In this document: one piece after another, positions 59,991-64,000 of the stretch
Position numbering within the stretch: position 1 is the first letter of the stretch
How the letters are laid out: every line of letters begins with the position of its first letter
Assembly: GCA_965205605.1 (NCBI GenBank)
Contig: CBDBHE010000006.1
Coordinates: forward strand, 224,001 to 288,000
Source: Spirochaetota bacterium
GTDB taxonomy: Bacteria; Spirochaetota; UBA12135; COTS27; CBDBHE01
Length of the DNA: 64,000 nucleotides
Reading direction: 5' to 3'
Notes under the pieces: generated by a model
What the model saw: only the letters and a program-made list of their open reading frames with translations
The model's database searches: none
Told to the model about the DNA's origin: nothing
Translations under genes and position numbers: made by a program

Positions 59991-62915
59991 TTTTTACACT
60001 TCGTTAAAATAATAGGAATTTATTTTTTGTAATTATTTTTTCCTTTTACAACAAGCAAGTAAAATCCAGAGAATGTGTATTCTCCATTTTTTTTTCTATC
60101 CCAAAACAAGCCTCTATTTTGAAAGAAAATTTCTTTGATTTTAAACCCTAAAATACTGTAAATATAAGCTTTGTAGTTATTAGCATTTTGGTTTTTTTTT
60201 AGATAAATTTTCATTATGGTTTTTTTACAAGTATCAATTTTGGTGTTAACAGCAACAATCTGTTCATTTTCACTAAATATGACACCTGGTTCTATAATAA
60301 AATCCTTAGTTTCTTGGAGACTGTATTCACTAGGCAAAGGGTAATAGTTTTTATTGGCTAATAAGATGGGATTTAGGGCTTTGTTTTGTTTATCTTTTGG
60401 AAAAATTAATTTAAATTGATTACCAATTTTTGCACTTTGGTCAATAGAAACCAAAGCATAAAGGATCGTTTTATTAGTCGTAATTGGTAATGAAGCATTA
60501 AAGGAAATATTAACTGTATTATTTGAAGTAAAAATCGCTGTACCTCCTTTGATAGGGATGTTATCTAAAGTAAACCCTTGTTGGTTATCTACTTCTTTAT
60601 ATAGTATTATAGAAGCAAATTGAGGTTTGTTTTGTTTATCTTTAATTTGAAACAACAGTTTTTCATCTTGATATAATTTGAAAAACCCTAAATTATCTGG
60701 CGTTGTGCTACCTTGATTGGTGAGCTTAAGAGATTGTAAATAAAAAACAGCATCATATCTTCTTTGGTTAAAATTAATTTAAAAGATTGGTTGTTAAAAG
60801 AGCCTTGCAAAACATTATTGGGATTATTATAAACGGCGTTAACTGTAATAGAATCATTATCAACACGATTTTGATTGGTTGAAATATTAGTCAATACTTC
60901 TTTGTTATCCACAACGCCTTCATTAGGGCCATTGCCTAAAATATCAGTAATATACTTGCTACTTAAATTGGCATCACTAGGATTAATTAACATGGTAAGC
61001 CAAAAACGACTTGTATTTTGAGCTTCTCCACTCAATGAAAAATTATTTTTATTGATAGCAATTGAGTTAGTTTTTGCTGATAATGGGCTAAAGAGAGTAA
61101 TATTAAAACCAGGCAAGTAAATGTCATCCGACAAAGAGAAATTTGAAATGTTATTTCCATCCCTATAAAGCTTAAATTTAAAATCAACATTATTTAAATT
61201 GCCATCAACAACAAACTTAATATTAGTGATGTATTGTGCTGGGCTTGATTTGGTGTTATCAGCGATAATGTCTACATAAGCCATTACATATTCATTATTT
61301 GTAGTAATGAATAAAGGAGGCACATTAAACCCAAATACTTCATTTGTAATTTTTAGCCCAAAATTTTTGCCAATCACACTCAAACCACTACTTACACCAT
61401 AAGCAATATATGATACTTTCTCATTCGTTCTAATAAGGCTAATTGGAGGAGATAACGTTAATCTAGATCCATTGGATAAAAGTGTATTGAAAGTAAAAGA
61501 CATTTTCTGATTCATCTAAAATTTTGACGTAACTAATATGCCCTATCTCTAAATTAACAGTTGAAAGACTATTTGTTATGACATCAATATGTGACAAATA
61601 ATTAGTTGTACTTTGAACATTTCCAGATAGACTTATTTTTAGATAGTCGTTATTAAAAGAAGATTGGCTTGTTTGAGGATCTTCGATATTATTGGAAATC
61701 AAGGTTACCTCTAGTAAAACAACATCAAGAGCAACCCCTTGTAGCATAATAGGGGTAGTAGACAACCCGTTATAAACATTGAAATCTTCCATCATCCATA
61801 TTAGCTGAAATGACTATCGTATCATCTTTAATGTTATAAATTTCATCGTCATTATTTTGATAAATTTTTAAATCTTCCAAATCATTTTTGTCAGCATTAT
61901 CCAAATTACTAATTTTAATGGCTGAAAGGTGATTTGTTGCATCTGGATTAGAGTTTGATAAACTAAAGCTAAAAACTAAACTATCAAAAGAACCTTGTTG
62001 AAGGTTATTAGATAAAAGGTATTTTGTAGAAAAATCAATTTGGTTTGAATCTACATTGGCTAAACGATCACTTATGTTTTTAATCACATCTAAATTAGCA
62101 ATCAATCCATTATTAATTCCTTTTGCTAAAATTTGCTCTATAAACAGTCTTACTTTTTTGGTAAAAATACCATCTTTTTTATTAATAATATTAAGCGTAA
62201 CCCAATAGCAAGTAGGATTTAGAAAATTAGTTGATTGATTTTTTTCTATCAATAAAATTGAAGAATAATCAATTAAAATAAGATTAGTAATCATTGTATT
62301 TGTAAAAGGATCAGAGATTAAAATAGCTACTCTAGAAATTTTTTCTCGATTATTATCATTAAAAGATTTTAAATAATAAGTAAACGTATAAGGAAATTTT
62401 CCTAATGAAATGAATGGAAGCAATACTACTAGCTGATAATAGTTTTCTAGATAGAGTGCCATTTCCAAGTAGTAATTGAGGGCATGTAGTAGCGTTAAGT
62501 CTTTTTTGGTATTTGGCATTTGGTTATATTGTTTTGTGTCAATGAAGATTTCAAAGTCTTCAGAAGTAAACTCTTTGGAAATCACTAAATTGAGATCAAT
62601 GCTAACTATTTCTCTACTAGCTTCTGGGTAATGAGTAGTTTAATCACCGAGATAAATCGTTAAAAAATCGCCATTTATTTTAATAGCCACTTCATTATCA
62701 TTAAATCGCCAAGTATTTGAAAAAACTATGGTTGAATTGATTATTTGTGTGGTTTCATTTTGAAAAGGCCTAATTGTCACATTATTAATAAGAGGCGTTG
62801 TGATATTTAACGAAGGGGGAGGAATAGAAAATGTACTTTGAGAATAGGTAAAATTAAAACAATTTAGAAAAACAACTGAGAAAAAATTGATATAATAAAA
62901 AAGCCTTTTAATCAA
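59987..62915 (-). pseudogene. Large secreted repeat protein (~970 aa reconstructed) with a T9SS-CTD/FlgD-Ig-like C-terminus, broken into five ORFs
   Basis: Signal peptide; in-frame TAA at 62640 and 60020; frameshifts near 61790, 61500 and 60755; C-terminal YIYSILG.KIK..FWD..NG....SGFYLLVVK; natural TGA 59987-59989 overlaps the next ATG. Confidence 0.7.
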
Positions 62916-63130
62916 ATATTAAATTTCCTAACTAGTGATTTGTTAATCTATAGTTTAGATAATTTTTTTTTAAGTTTTTTAAAAAAATTAATATTAATAA
63001 CTGTTTAAAAAAAGTTATTAGCTCTTTTTATAAAGTTAAGAGTTTGGTTTTTCGATATTTTAATTAAGTCTTGAATTTTAAAAATAAATTTTAACGATTT
63101 GTTTTTAAAATTGATGATTAATTAAATCAA

Positions 63131-63811
63131 ATGTTTTTTTTTAACAAAGTCTTTTTACTAATATTGCTTCTTTTATTCAATGCTTTTTGTAATGACAAAG
63201 CTTCTAAATTTCAGAAAAATAAAAATTCTTTTAAAAAAAATCACGAAAAAACTCGTTTAAATACGGACCATGTTTATCACTTAGTGAAAGCAGGTGATAC
63301 GTGGATTCATTTATCTATCAAGTATAAAGTTTCTATTAAAGAATTTTTAAAAATCAATCATGAAAAAAAATTAAAAATTGGAGTGCTAATCAAATTGCCT
63401 TTTAAAAAAAAAATTGCTCTAAAAAAACCTGAAACTACTTTTAAAAATCTCAACTTCATAATCCCTACTCAAAAAGGAAGCATTATTCAAAACTATGGGA
63501 AGAAAAAAGCAATTATGAATTACGGGATTTTTTTTAAATCAAAAAATAATCAAAATCAAGTCTATGCCAGTGAAAAAGGGATTATTAACTATGTTGGTTT
63601 CTTAAGAGGATATGGCAAGAGTCTTTTTTTAGTCCATTCAAATGGATGGGTTTCTGTTTATTCAGGATTTAAAAAATTATACAAACAAGCAGGAGAGAAA
63701 GTTTTTAAAGGAGAAATAATAGGCATTTATAACAAACAACTATTTTTTTCTATCTTTCAAAAAGGAGAGCCTTTTAATCCTAATAAAGTAATTCGGTTGG
63801 AAAAAAATTAA
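63131..63811 (+). CDS. LysM + degenerate M23 (NlpD/EnvC-like) protein
   Basis: YHLVKAGDTW..LS.KY.V LysM; M23-like VYASEKG..GYGK..H; the HxxxD and HxH zinc ligands are absent. Confidence 0.8.
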   Translation: MFFFNKVFLLILLLLFNAFCNDKASKFQKNKNSFKKNHEKTRLNTDHVYHLVKAGDTWIHLSIKYKVSIKEFLKINHEKKLKIGVLIKLPFKKKIALKKPETTFKNLNFIIPTQKGSIIQNYGKKKAIMNYGIFFKSKNNQNQVYASEKGIINYVGFLRGYGKSLFLVHSNGWVSVYSGFKKLYKQAGEKVFKGEIIGIYNKQLFFSIFQKGEPFNPNKVIRLEKN

Positions 63812-64000
63812 TGGATTTAAACGAAGCTTTAAAACACTTTTATCATTTTTCTTTTTTTGAAAAAGGTTTGAGTGAAAGTAGTGTAAAGGCTTACTTGTCA
63901 GATTTAAAACAATTTTTTGATTTCTTTAAACAAAAAGCATTAAATAAAATTACCCTTGAAGATTTTTATTTTTTTTTGAGTTTTTGTAAAAAACAGAATA
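63811..64000 (+). CDS. xerD: Tyrosine recombinase XerD/XerC, N-terminal part (runs off the right edge)
   Basis: MDLNEALKHFYHFLFFEKGLSESSVKAYLSDLKQF matches the Xer N-terminal SAM-like domain (EKGLS.NT..AY..DL). Confidence 0.75.
   Translation, partial: MDLNEALKHFYHFSFFEKGLSESSVKAYLSDLKQFFDFFKQKALNKITLEDFYFFLSFCKKQN

Noticed and set aside
8739-62642. Stop-codon reassignment (TGA=Trp/Gly/Sec) as the explanation for in-frame stops
   Set aside because: The internal stops include TGA, TAG and TAA. Intact genes (rbfA, der, gpsA, fadI) end in TGA, and TGG is used for Trp. No Cys/Sec context at these sites.
63811-64000. Prophage or island integrase
   Set aside because: The N-terminus fits chromosomal XerC/D, it is coupled to a cell-envelope gene, and no phage genes or att/tRNA site are visible.
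1-64000. tRNA, rRNA or structured ncRNA genes
   Set aside because: No GC-rich intergenic stretch or cloverleaf/T-loop motif seen; weak AT-only palindromes (e.g. 62960-63020) are expected by chance at this composition.

Overview
Very AT-rich bacterial chromosome segment, most likely from a spirochaete: the FlaB-type flagellin starts MIINHN and has a sigma-28 promoter, and a TPR/NHL protein resembles the spirochaetal collar protein BB0236/TP0421. Most of it is housekeeping and metabolism: rbfA end, der-plsY-gpsA, trkAH, Rrf2-sufBCDSU-nfu, modABC, fadIJ-ACAD plus an acyltransferase/lipase fusion, metK-ahcY, sucAB-lpdA, fdxA, ppnN, a TonB receptor, an ABC exporter and the start of xerD. Reading across the ORF breaks gives three less ordinary results. 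(1) An operon at 57459-62915 pairs a large repeat-containing secreted protein ending in a T9SS/FlgD-Ig-like C-terminal domain with a PorV/PorQ(UPF0164)-like barrel that carries a ~520-aa coiled-coil insertion. (2) A broken GmrSD-like (DUF262-DUF1524) defence gene is bracketed by a 57-bp imperfect inverted repeat (50/57 identical). (3) There is widespread gene decay: in-frame stops of all three types, 1-bp frameshifts and a microhomology-type deletion in pckA. No rRNA, tRNA or CRISPR array was seen. Family assignments come from remembered motifs, not database searches.
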